Below, in pieces: positions 10,766 to 19,879 of a DNA stretch of 64,000 nt. This DNA is from Dehalococcoidia bacterium (lineage in GTDB: Bacteria > Chloroflexota > Dehalococcoidia > Lucifugimonadales > UBA3495). The translations under genes and the position numbers were made by a program. Location: positions 3,092,340-3,156,339 of the forward strand of contig CBDDED010000003.1 in NCBI GenBank assembly GCA_965226825.1, read 5' to 3'. Under the pieces are notes generated by a model that did no database searches, was not told where the DNA came from, and saw only the letters and a list, made by a program, of their open reading frames with translations. Position 1 is the stretch's first letter; each line of letters starts with the position of its first letter.

Positions 10766-11503
10766 TTGGCTCGGCCCTTCCTTTCAGTGGTGATACCGAC
10801 CTACAACGAAGAAAGCCGCATACAGCGGACTCTGGACCGGATCACCCAGTATTTGGCGACCCGGGAGTACCAGTGGGAAGTGGTCGTGAGCGACGACGGT
10901 TCCACCGATGGGACATCCCGGTTAGTGGAAGAAGCTGTGGCGGTCAATCCCAACGTCAAGATGTTGTATCTGGCACATCGGGGCAAGGGTTGGGCGGTCA
11001 AAAATGGTATTCTGGCTGCTTCCGGCGAGTACCGACTGTTTTGCGACGCAGATCTTGCGGTGCCGATAGAGCAGGTGGAGCGCCTCCTTCCCCCAAGGCT
11101 GCAGGGCGTGGACGTAGCGGTGGGCTCCAGGGAACAACCAGAGTCCTTCCGCATCGGTGAACCGGGGACGCGCCGTTTGATGGGCCGGTTATTCAACTGG
11201 CTGGTCCGAGCGGTTGCCCTGCCCGGCCTAAGCGACACCCAGTGCGGCTTCAAGTGCTTCAGGGCAGAGATAGTTCCCCTGCTGTTCCAGAGGCAGCATC
11301 TGGACGGGTTTACGTTCGATACCGAGTTGCTGTTCCTGGCCAGGAAGATGGGTCTCACGATCCAAGAAATAGGCGTCGAGTGGTACTACGGGGACGGCAG
11401 CAAAGTCCGCCCGATCAAGGATTCCCTGGCCATGACGCGGGACTTGTTCAAGATTCGGCGGTTACATTTCAGAGGATCTTATTCCCGGGAACACCGGCAA
11501 TAG
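10766..11503 (+). CDS. GT2 glycosyltransferase (dolichyl-phosphate beta-glucosyltransferase-like)
   Basis: VVIPTYNE, DDGSTD, DAD and DTQCGFKCF motifs. Confidence 0.88.
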   Translation: MARPFLSVVIPTYNEESRIQRTLDRITQYLATREYQWEVVVSDDGSTDGTSRLVEEAVAVNPNVKMLYLAHRGKGWAVKNGILAASGEYRLFCDADLAVPIEQVERLLPPRLQGVDVAVGSREQPESFRIGEPGTRRLMGRLFNWLVRAVALPGLSDTQCGFKCFRAEIVPLLFQRQHLDGFTFDTELLFLARKMGLTIQEIGVEWYYGDGSKVRPIKDSLAMTRDLFKIRRLHFRGSYSREHRQ

Positions 11504-11557
11504 CCGGGAGTGGGAATTATTCCCCCGGAAATGACTCGAAAATGCCAGCAAAACGTA

Positions 11558-11585
11558 TTGACCGCCCGTTTGCTTTTGATGTAAT
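11558..11585 (+). promoter_or_regulatory. putative sigma70 promoter upstream of a long structured region
   Basis: TTGACC-N16-TGTAAT. Confidence 0.35.
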
Positions 11586-11967
11586 TACTATTGGTCAATT
11601 TAGCAATCATGTTGCACTGGTGAACAGATTGCGGTTTAGCTCAACAAAAGTTGAGGAAGTTCCCGGTCGGTTCCAGTGCCGAACAGCAGCAATAACCAAT
11701 GTAAGCCAACGTTTGATTGGCAAAAGGCGATCCCTTTAGGGCTGGAGGGAGGAGGAAGTGTTGGGGCCCGAGCGCCACTGCGCCGCGGAATCGAACTTTC
11801 CGCAGACCCGCCTGTCGATGCGGCAGTGGTCAGTGTTCGTCCTTTCATCATCTTGTATAAAGCGACGCCGTAGATAGGCGCGCATTTGGAGTTTTCAAAT
11901 GATGGATAGTCAAGTGAACGATAACCAGACCCTTGTCGGGGACAAGCCCGGAGACAGGAAAAAGGAA

Positions 11968-12738
11968 ATGTCGGCAAACTCTTCCAGGCTGGAGCGCAAT
12001 CTCTCCCGTGAAGCCGTTGCTCTAGCGCTGCGGGGGGAATGGGAACGAGCCACCGAGGTAAACCGCGCTATCCTCGAGTTGTTTGAGGATGACGTGCCGG
12101 CTATGAACCGGCTGGGCAAGGCCTTGATGGAACTGGGCGATTACGCCGAGGCGAAGGAGGTCTTCGACCGGGTTGTGCGCATCGCTCCCTACAACAACAT
12201 AGCCAGGAAAAACTCCGTCCGCTTGGACCGTTTGGTCGCGACCCCGGTTGCTGCCAAACAGGTGCGCAAAGGCGGCGCCGCCCCCCAGCTTTTCCTGGAG
12301 GAAAGCGGCAAATCCGGCACCACGCTACTGCGGAAACCGGCCCAGGGCCAGGTTACGGAGCGGATCGCCCCAAGCGACCCTGCCGACCTGGTGGTAGAGC
12401 AGGATTCCATCAAGGTCTACACTCGCCAGAGCGAGTACTTGGGGCAGATTGAGCCTAAGCTGGCGCGCCGGCTCATCAGGCTGATGTGCGGGGGCAATGC
12501 CTACGACGCCGCAATTCTGGGGAGCAACGACCAGGGCATCTCGATCATCATCCGGGAAACCCACCGCGCCCGCTCCCTCAACGACGTATCCTCCTTCCCC
12601 ACCAGAATCAAGGAGGGGCGCCGCGTCTACCTGGACGACACCCTTGCCAGGTGCAACGGCGACGACAACTTCGAAGACGAGGACAGCCCGGCTATTGATG
12701 AGGAAGCCATGTCCACCGATTGGAACGACGGGGAGTAA
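11968..12738 (+). CDS. tetratricopeptide repeat protein with acidic tail (start uncertain, 11899-11968)
   Basis: TPR-like AMNRLGKALMELGDYAEAKEVFDRVVRIAPYNNIA; AAGGA RBS before 11968. Confidence 0.75.
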   Translation: MSANSSRLERNLSREAVALALRGEWERATEVNRAILELFEDDVPAMNRLGKALMELGDYAEAKEVFDRVVRIAPYNNIARKNSVRLDRLVATPVAAKQVRKGGAAPQLFLEESGKSGTTLLRKPAQGQVTERIAPSDPADLVVEQDSIKVYTRQSEYLGQIEPKLARRLIRLMCGGNAYDAAILGSNDQGISIIIRETHRARSLNDVSSFPTRIKEGRRVYLDDTLARCNGDDNFEDEDSPAIDEEAMSTDWNDGE

Positions 12739-12922
12739 CCACCGGCCTTAGCGCCCCAGCCCGCCGCCTAAAATCATAGCCCGTGAGTCCCGCATCCGAG
12801 GGACTCACGGGCTATTTATACGCGTCACACGGCCCAAGAGCCGGGATCCCGAGAGTACCTGGAGCGGCTGGCTTTGGCAGGGCAATCACATTTAAAACGC
12901 CGATACTCGGGCAACCCCCACC

Positions 12923-13103
12923 CCCGTCTTTCTCGCCGCAGCGGGAATCCAGAGCCCTTTCCCACGCGCAAATACGTGGTGCAACGTAGGAGTGGTCCAC
13001 ACCGGACCGGTCTACTTGGCTGAGAGGCGAGGCTTCCTGCGTATCCCGACCAAGTCTATTGAGATAAAGGGCTCTGGATTCCCGCTGCGGCGAGAAAGAC
13101 GGG
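12923..13103. repeat. REPIN/MITE-like REP doublet with perfect 38-bp inverted arms
   Basis: cccgtctttctcgccgcagcgggaatccagagcccttt (12923-12960) and its exact reverse complement (13066-13103). Confidence 0.9.
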
Positions 13104-13287
13104 AGTGGGTTGTGCTCTCATTCTGACGTCTCCCGGCCGGGGGCAAGAGGACATTCCGGACGCACTAGCCGCAGTTCGTAATGCGATTGCCGCGTGATGG
13201 CTATGCAGGCTGGGCTTGGCTCCCCGCGTTTTCCCCGTCGATTCCGGTATGGAATCGCCGCGTGATGGCGAATCAGGACCGGTTTTG

Positions 13288-13659
13288 TTAGATGGCTCGG
13301 GCCAGGAGAATGCCCGCGTAGGCTAAGGCCAATCCCAGGATTACGTTGGCCGCGAGGCTGCCAATCGCGGCGATGGGCGAATTGGTTTCCAGCAGTTGGA
13401 CGGTTTGGTAGCTGAGGGTGGAAAAGGTGGTGAATCCGCCCAAGAGCCCGACGGTTAGGAAGATGCGGACCTCGGTGGAGACTGGGAAGCGGACCAGAAG
13501 CAAGGTTATCAGGAATCCCAAGATAAAGGACCCGGCCAGGTTTACCGCCAGGGTCCCCATCACTGTTTCCGGCCCGGCATAGTTGGCCGCAATCCGTTGC
13601 GCTCCGTATCGGAGGACTGAACCCAGTCCTCCGCCAACGGCCACCATCAACCAAGCCAC
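13288..13659 (-). CDS. crcB: fluoride efflux channel FluC/CrcB
   Basis: GGGLGSVLRY, GTLAVNLAGSF and GLLGGFTTFST motifs. Confidence 0.95.
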   Translation of the reverse strand: MAWLMVAVGGGLGSVLRYGAQRIAANYAGPETVMGTLAVNLAGSFILGFLITLLLVRFPVSTEVRIFLTVGLLGGFTTFSTLSYQTVQLLETNSPIAAIGSLAANVILGLALAYAGILLARAI

Positions 13660-13711
13660 AGTCCAGCCTCCCGAACCGAGGAGCGTGGCCCATTAACCAA
13701 AGCGCGGCCGA

Positions 13712-14635
13712 TTAACCATAGGATGTTGCCCGGGCAGCCCCGTGGACCGGAACACCCGGTGTCTTCATTCGCATGGTATATACCGAGTTGCGGGCGGTGA
13801 AAAGCATGGTGCGGTTATCCGGGCCTCCCCATGCGCAGTTGGCCGGAATTTCCGGCAGCACTATGGTCCCCAGATGGGCGCCCGAGGAATCAAATACCCA
13901 GCAGCCGCCGGCCCCGGTGGAGAAGACCCGGCCCTCGGCGTCAACTTTCATGCCATCGGGAACGCCGTCCCCGGAGGATGGCAGTTCAGCGAAGACCCGG
14001 TTGTTGGTGAGCGATCCGTCCGAGGCAACGTCGAAGGCGCGGATTATCTGGTGTGGGCAAACTTCCCCTCGAGCCTTCTCCTCAGCGCATCCATCATCCC
14101 TCCGGGTAATGGTTACGTACAGGATGCTCTCGTCGGGTGAGAACCCCAGGCCATTAGGGTATTCGGTCTCCCTGGTTGCCGTGGTGACCGAACCGTCGGG
14201 AGAAACTCTATGGACGCCGAAAAAGTCCAACTCCCGCTCTTCGGCCGGCAGGCGTCCGCCGGGATCCGTGAAGTAGAGGCTGCCATTGCTGTGGCAAACG
14301 ATGTCGTTGGGCCGGTTGATGCGTTTGCCATCCACCCGGCTGGCGATGGGGGTTATCCCGCCGCCGGGCTCCATCCGTGCAATCTGCCGGTTGTCCCCTT
14401 CGCACATCACCAAGCGGCCCTGGGCATCGAAAGTCAGGCCGTTGGAGCCGCCGCTGTTGTCGCGAAAGACTTCGGCCTCGCCGCCGGGAGTCAGGCGGTG
14501 AATGATGGCGGTGCGCACGTCCACAAACAACCAGTAGCCCTCGGGGTGCCAAAGAGGGCCCTCGGTGAACACGAACCCGGTGGCCAACTGCTCGTTGGCG
14601 TTGGATTCAACAATTTGGTCCAAGCTGTCGGGCAT
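13712..14635 (-). CDS. SMP-30/gluconolactonase/LRE family protein
   Basis: FTEGP, RPND, PNGL and PDGMKVD motifs. Confidence 0.92.
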   Translation of the reverse strand: MPDSLDQIVESNANEQLATGFVFTEGPLWHPEGYWLFVDVRTAIIHRLTPGGEAEVFRDNSGGSNGLTFDAQGRLVMCEGDNRQIARMEPGGGITPIASRVDGKRINRPNDIVCHSNGSLYFTDPGGRLPAEERELDFFGVHRVSPDGSVTTATRETEYPNGLGFSPDESILYVTITRRDDGCAEEKARGEVCPHQIIRAFDVASDGSLTNNRVFAELPSSGDGVPDGMKVDAEGRVFSTGAGGCWVFDSSGAHLGTIVLPEIPANCAWGGPDNRTMLFTARNSVYTMRMKTPGVPVHGAARATSYG

Positions 14636-14761
14636 ATCTCTCTCCTGCTGGTAAACCGGTTAACTGTCCCGGTCAACTTAGCGGCAACCGGGACTCGGAG
14701 TACTCGATGGGTACTCAATAGGTGGACAGGAGACCGTCGCCTCTACGGTGACGGTCCAGGC

Positions 14762-15679
14762 TTATTCGGACATGTGGGCCAGGTACTGGGCGACGTAGTC
14801 CATCCCGGCAATATCGGAAAACGCCCCCATCAACCTTTGCGTGATAGGGCCGGGGATCTCGCCGTCAGCCACCTGAGCTCCGTTTATCGAAGACACCGGG
14901 CAGATGCAAAGGCTGGTGGAGGTCAAAAACGCCTCGTCGGCCGTGTAGGCGTCGAACAGGTCGATGTCTTGCTCGGCAGTCGGAATGTCCAGCCCCGAAG
15001 CCAACCCCAAAACCGTGTTCCTGGTAATTCCCTCCAGGACGAATTGGCCCCTGGGGGTGCTCAACTGCCCGTCCTTGACCAGGAATATATTGGACCCCCG
15101 GCCTTCGGTGAGATTGCCGTTTTCGTCCAACAACACCGCCCAAGAGCCCGGCTCAACGCCCTGGGCTTCCAGGTCTCCCAACACCAGGTTCAAGTAATTA
15201 TGGGTCTTGGCCCTGGGGCTCATAAACCTGGGTGGAGTCCGGGGCACCGAAGGAGTTCTGACCTTGGCGCCGTCGCGGTAGAGGGGAGCGCGGCTGGCGA
15301 ACGGTATGGCGTGGCTTTCGATCAACACCGTGGCATGGTTGGCCTCTCCGGGCTGGGTAGACTCCACACCGCGGCTGATACGCTGCATCACCCACATATC
15401 CTGGTTGGGAGGCAGCAACGGGTAGTTGTGGGCGACCACCTCCAGGGACCAATGCTCCATAGCCTCCGGGTCCAAGCCCGGGTCGATTCTCAAATAACGG
15501 AGCGAATCGTACAACCGGTGGATGTGCTCCCGAAGCTTGAACGGAGCGCCGTTGAAGGTGCGGGTGGCGTCGAAAACCGCGTCGCCGTAAAGATAACCCC
15601 GGTCCCGGATAGAAATCCCCACCTCGCTTTCCAGTTTGAGGCTGCCATTAAAAAATACTACAGGGTTCTCAGTGGCCAT
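14762..15679 (-). CDS. class IV aminotransferase (BCAT/D-amino acid/ADC lyase family)
   Basis: DRGYLYGD, AKTHNY, EGRGSNIF and LEGITR motifs. Confidence 0.9.
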   Translation of the reverse strand: MATENPVVFFNGSLKLESEVGISIRDRGYLYGDAVFDATRTFNGAPFKLREHIHRLYDSLRYLRIDPGLDPEAMEHWSLEVVAHNYPLLPPNQDMWVMQRISRGVESTQPGEANHATVLIESHAIPFASRAPLYRDGAKVRTPSVPRTPPRFMSPRAKTHNYLNLVLGDLEAQGVEPGSWAVLLDENGNLTEGRGSNIFLVKDGQLSTPRGQFVLEGITRNTVLGLASGLDIPTAEQDIDLFDAYTADEAFLTSTSLCICPVSSINGAQVADGEIPGPITQRLMGAFSDIAGMDYVAQYLAHMSE

Positions 15680-15711
15680 AGATGCACCTCGTTTGGGCTT
15701 GGGAAGATAGA

Positions 15712-16017
15712 TTAGTCCCGGAAGGCGTTGGCGCCGGTTACCAAGCCGGGCATGCCGCCCATAATAAATGCCACACCCACGGTCTCGGCGATTTCTTCTT
15801 CGCTCGCGCCGGCGGCTCTAGCCCGCTGGGCTATGCCGGCAACGCCGTCCGGATGGGCGAGAATCGCGTCGCATAGCATGGTCATGAGGATTTTGACTTT
15901 CAGAGGCAAGGCGCCTTCAGTCAAAACCGATTCCCGCACTTTGGAAATGTCGCCGAACAGCGCCGGCGCGTTTTTCTCAAGGGCGGCTTGCCAGGGGGGT
16001 ACCTGGGCTTGCGTCAT
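15712..16017 (-). CDS. carboxymuconolactone decarboxylase (CMD/AhpD-like) family protein
   Basis: GALPLKVK and ARAAGASEEEIAE; AGGAGG RBS before ATG at 16017. Confidence 0.8.
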   Translation of the reverse strand: MTQAQVPPWQAALEKNAPALFGDISKVRESVLTEGALPLKVKILMTMLCDAILAHPDGVAGIAQRARAAGASEEEIAETVGVAFIMGGMPGLVTGANAFRD

Positions 16018-16235
16018 GTTCTCGCCTCCTCTCAAATGGAAAGGGATCTGGGTATCAGCGGCAAAGAGCCGCAGGCTGGAATGATACCAAGGAGGAGGGA
16101 CGAGGGCAATTAACGGCCAAAGGATGAGGACAGCGTGCCAAGCGCCCAATTGGACACTTGCCAGGGCGCGGCCCGAGAGGAATCCGCGAGGAAACGTGTA
16201 CCGAACCAGAGAAATATGGTTTAGCCGGTCACGGT

Positions 16236-16470
16236 GGCTGCAATAGACCCAGAACCGGAGTGAAGACGCTGCCGGAACTGGATCCGACAGTCACAAGCAC
16301 CTTACAGGCCCTGATCGCCTGCTTACTCTGGCGTAACTAAGCGGGTCGTGTTGCCGTCGGTAACCCGACGGACACTCGGATGGAATCACCACCCGACCCA
16401 CTTAGAGTATGGCCCACTGCCTGGATCCCCAGTTGCGCCTGGGCCGGTACCTGACAGCAGGAATAGCCGA
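16236..16470 (-). ncRNA. candidate large structured non-coding RNA of unknown family
   Basis: Nested complementary segments (16337-16348/16394-16405, 16354-16360/16365-16371, 16324-16329/16404-16409, 16280-16291/16416-16428); the non-canonical pairs are G-U on the minus strand. Confidence 0.6.
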
Positions 16471-16493
16471 GGATTAATTCGAGGGGATTCCCG

Positions 16494-16637
16494 CTATACG
16501 GCAGCGCCGATGCGGAAAACCTTGGTCCCGCAGGCGGGACAGATCCCGGACGTGGCGGGCTTGCCGTTTTTCATCGTGATGGCCTGAGGATCCTTGATTT
16601 CCATCTTGGACCTGCATTTGACACAATATGCTTCCAT
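16494..16637 (-). CDS. 47-aa DUF5679-like zinc-ribbon protein (absent from the ORF track)
   Basis: Manual translation MEAYCVKCRSKMEIKDPQAITMKNGKPATSGICPACGTKVFRIGAAV; two CxxC motifs; AAGGAG RBS. Confidence 0.88.
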   Translation of the reverse strand: MEAYCVKCRSKMEIKDPQAITMKNGKPATSGICPACGTKVFRIGAAV

Positions 16638-16681
16638 GAGAGAACTCCTTACCCATAGAGTGTTGGCCTAAGAGTAGCTAC

Positions 16682-16710
16682 ATCCTATATATGACAGGCA
16701 CGGATGTCAA
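16682..16710 (-). promoter_or_regulatory. sigma70 promoter for the DUF5679 gene
   Basis: TTGACA-N17-TAGGAT on the minus strand. Confidence 0.7.
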
Positions 16711-16953
16711 TATATTGTATGCTCGAATCTCAAAATTCTTCAGGATAAATTAGACGCCCGGCGCCAGCGGCGGCTCTGTAACCGCGAGTGTCCTCGCAAC
16801 TAACATTCTCTGTACTCCCGCCGGGGCGTGACCCGGATATGCCGGGGCGGTCTCTCTGGTACAATCTTCCGGCGGGGCCGTCGGCTTTACCGGTTGGGTT
16901 CCGGGCTACTCAAAATTCCTTGGTTAAATTCCTTGGTTGTGGATACCGTCGTC

Positions 16954-17625
16954 ATGGGAAGATTTCTCATAGTTCGCCACGGCGAGACTGCGTGGAACGC
17001 CGAAGGGCGGATTCAGGGGCACTCGGACACACCGTTGTCCGTGCATGGCATTCGGCAGGCGCGGGCCGCGGCCAGTCGATTAGCTGATACTGCAATCGAC
17101 GCGGCTTACAGCAGCGACCTTGTACGGGCCTCGGAGACCGCCAGGATGCTGTTGGAGGGCCGCGACACGCCGCTGGTCCGCACCGCAGAGCTTCGGGAAC
17201 GGTACTATGGGGTCTTCGAAGGGCTGACCGTCGATGAGCGCCGCACCCAATATCCTGAAATGTTTGCCGCGTCCCTGGTGAAAGACCTGGACTTTGCGCC
17301 CTCCGGGGGCGAGAGTGCCCGCAAAACCCTGGACCGCATGGCGGCGTTCGTAGGCGAAATCAAAGAAAAACACCTGGAGGAAACGGTTCTCCTGGTTGGC
17401 CACGGCGGGTCGCTGAGGTCACTGATTTTGGCTGTGATGGACCTGCCGCCGGAGGCTACCTGGAAATTTGTGATGGCCAATTGCAGCCTTACCATAATCG
17501 ATACCTACTGGGACAACGCCGTGCTCCGGCTCTATAACGACACATCCCACCTGATCCATTTGGGCCAGGTGGGCGTTACGGCTGCCGGCAACGCGAGCGC
17601 CGATACCGGTCATGCCCCGGCTTAA
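16954..17625 (+). CDS. cobC: histidine phosphatase, alpha-ribazole-phosphate phosphatase CobC-like
   Basis: RHGETAWN, SSDLVRA and VGHGG motifs; adjacent to cobQ/cobU. Confidence 0.7.
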   Translation: MGRFLIVRHGETAWNAEGRIQGHSDTPLSVHGIRQARAAASRLADTAIDAAYSSDLVRASETARMLLEGRDTPLVRTAELRERYYGVFEGLTVDERRTQYPEMFAASLVKDLDFAPSGGESARKTLDRMAAFVGEIKEKHLEETVLLVGHGGSLRSLILAVMDLPPEATWKFVMANCSLTIIDTYWDNAVLRLYNDTSHLIHLGQVGVTAAGNASADTGHAPA

Positions 17626-17709
17626 CGCGGGGCACAGCCGTGTTGGTGGTTGCTGTTGGGGCCGTCGGTTGCCTGAGCCGGACGCCGGTGAACGCAGGAG
17701 ATTGAGCCG

Positions 17710-19287
17710 GTGACCGGGCGGGTCTTAATGGTGCAGGGGACCGCTTCCCACGTTGGCAAGAGTGTGCTCGTGGCGGCGCTTTGCCGCATCTTCCGCCAGG
17801 ATGGGTTCCGGGTGGCCCCCTTCAAAGCCCAGAACATGTCCAACAATTCCTACGTGACCCGGGACGGAGGAGAAATTGGCCGCGCCCAGGCAGTTCAGGC
17901 CGAAGCCGCCGGAGTGGAAGCCCGGGTGGAGATGAACCCGGTGCTGCTGAAACCCGAGGCTGACCATACATCGCAGGTGGTGTTGATGGGCCGGCCCCTG
18001 CAGACGGCGGGTTCCAGGGACTACTTCAAGTTGAAGCCTCAGCTTTGGGAATCCGTCAGCAGTTCGCTGGACCGCCTCAGGGACTCTTATGACCTGGTTA
18101 TCGCCGAAGGGGCGGGAAGCCCGGCGGAGATCAACCTGAAGGCCACCGAAATCGTCAACATGCGGGTGGCTCGCTACGCCGACGCCCCGGTGCTCCTTTG
18201 CGGAGACATAGACCGGGGCGGGGTTTTCGCTTCTCTCGTGGGCACCCTGGAATTGCTGGAACCTGAAGAGCGGCAGACCATCAAGGGGTTCGTAATCAAC
18301 AAATTTCGGGGCGACGTCAGCCTGCTCACCGACGGCCTGACCTGGCTGGAGGAACGCACCGGCATTCCCGTGGTAGGGGTTGTGCATCATTTCCGGGATA
18401 TACACATCCCGGAGGAAGACTCGGTGTCCCTGGAGCTACCCGCCCCGATGACGGCCCATCCGGTGTTGGACATAGCCGTGGTCCAGCTTCCCCATATTTC
18501 AAACTTTGATGATTTTGACCTGCTGGCCCGGGAGCCCGGCGTCTCCCTGCGGTATGTCACTTCCCAGGTTGAATTGGGCAAGCCGGACCTGGTGATTCTT
18601 CCCGGCACCAAGACTACCATCCCTGACCTGGCCTGGATGAATGGCCGGGGACTGACCCAGGCCATCCAGGACCTGCACCTACGAGACGGCGCGGCGGTGG
18701 TGGGAATCTGCGGTGGGTACCAAATGTTGGGCGCCAGGGTCTCAGACCCCCATAAAATCGAATCGAGCATGGAAGAAATTGACGGCTTGGGTCTGCTTCC
18801 CATCAGCACCGTGTTTTCCGGGACCAAGGAGACCCACCGCATCCGAGGCCGGGTGGGCAATGCCCTAGGTCTGCTCTCGGGGGCTCAAGGGTGCGACGTC
18901 CAAGGTTATGAAATACACATGGGCCTCACCAGCGTCATGGCCGCTTCGACGCAAACGGCCCCGTTTCTGATTGAAGACCGGTCCGACGCCGCGGTGTCGC
19001 CGGAAACCGCAATGGATGGATGCATGGACCCAACCGGACGGGTGTTGGGCACCTACATCCACGGGCTGTTCCACAACCAAGGCGTGCGGACCGCGATGCT
19101 GAGGCAACTGGCTGACGCCAAAGGCGTGGCTCTGCCGTCGTCGGAGTTTGACCCGTCGATGGAGCAGGAGTTTGACAAACTGGCGGATTGGGTCAGGAAC
19201 AGCCTGGACATGGACCTGGTGTACCGGATGGCCGGGCTTTCGCAGCACCGGGACGCCGGCGAACCCGCAACTCCGGGCCTGTCCTGA
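17710..19287 (+). CDS. cobQ: cobyric acid synthase
   Basis: QGTASHVGKS, PFKAQNMSNN, EGAGSPAEIN, GICGGYQMLG and GTYIHGLF motifs. Confidence 0.96.
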   Translation: MTGRVLMVQGTASHVGKSVLVAALCRIFRQDGFRVAPFKAQNMSNNSYVTRDGGEIGRAQAVQAEAAGVEARVEMNPVLLKPEADHTSQVVLMGRPLQTAGSRDYFKLKPQLWESVSSSLDRLRDSYDLVIAEGAGSPAEINLKATEIVNMRVARYADAPVLLCGDIDRGGVFASLVGTLELLEPEERQTIKGFVINKFRGDVSLLTDGLTWLEERTGIPVVGVVHHFRDIHIPEEDSVSLELPAPMTAHPVLDIAVVQLPHISNFDDFDLLAREPGVSLRYVTSQVELGKPDLVILPGTKTTIPDLAWMNGRGLTQAIQDLHLRDGAAVVGICGGYQMLGARVSDPHKIESSMEEIDGLGLLPISTVFSGTKETHRIRGRVGNALGLLSGAQGCDVQGYEIHMGLTSVMAASTQTAPFLIEDRSDAAVSPETAMDGCMDPTGRVLGTYIHGLFHNQGVRTAMLRQLADAKGVALPSSEFDPSMEQEFDKLADWVRNSLDMDLVYRMAGLSQHRDAGEPATPGLS

Positions 19288-19847
19288 TGGCGGATCGGGG
19301 GCCGGAGGTGCATCTCATATTGGGCGGCGTCCGGTCGGGCAAAAGCGCGTTTGCCGAAGGGTTGGCAACCTACCTGGGACTCCACACGGTTTACCTGGCC
19401 ACGGGCCAAGCGTTGGACGAAGAGATGGAGGAACGAATCCAAATCCACCGCCGGCGGCGGCCCGTCGAGTGGGACACATTGGAAGAGAGTCTGAATTTGC
19501 CCGAATGCCTGCAACAGTACCTGGAATCGAGGAGCGGACCCACGGCGGTTATTGTCGAAAGCATCGACGGGTGGCTGGCCAATATCCTGCTGAAACATGA
19601 AGACCAGCCCGCCGGTGACGTTGAAACCCTGGCGCTGTGCGCCGCCGACCGTCTGTTGGACGTTGGCCGGAAAGGAGCGCGCGCGGTCTTTGCGGTCAGC
19701 GCTGAGGTTGGACTGACGCTGACGCCGACAACTCCCCTGGGACGGCGTTTCCAGGACCTGTTAGGATTGGTGAACCAGAGGGTAGCCGGGTCCGCCGACC
19801 GCGTCACCCTGGTTGTTGCCGGCCTGCCGGTGGCGATCAAGAAGTAG
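19287..19847 (+). CDS. cobU: adenosylcobinamide kinase/phosphate guanylyltransferase
   Basis: GGVRSGKS P-loop, YLATG and RIQIHRRRRP motifs; ATG overlaps the cobQ stop. Confidence 0.9.
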   Translation: MADRGPEVHLILGGVRSGKSAFAEGLATYLGLHTVYLATGQALDEEMEERIQIHRRRRPVEWDTLEESLNLPECLQQYLESRSGPTAVIVESIDGWLANILLKHEDQPAGDVETLALCAADRLLDVGRKGARAVFAVSAEVGLTLTPTTPLGRRFQDLLGLVNQRVAGSADRVTLVVAGLPVAIKK

Positions 19848-19879
19848 ACCGCGCCGGCGCCAGCGGCCCGGTTTGCCTG

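Noticed and set aside
13660-13711. Fluoride riboswitch before crcB
   Set aside because: The gap is short and lacks the GGCGATGG...CGCC consensus.
14210-15715. 501-aa plus-strand ORF
   Set aside because: Antisense shadow of the SMP-30 and aminotransferase genes in high-GC DNA, with no motifs.
16474-16656. 60-aa ORF in the track
   Set aside because: Wrong frame; the real gene is the 47-aa Zn-ribbon ORF at 16494-16637 with an RBS.
16720-16953. Cobalamin riboswitch before the cob genes
   Set aside because: No B12-box or GGGAA...GCCACTG motifs recognised.
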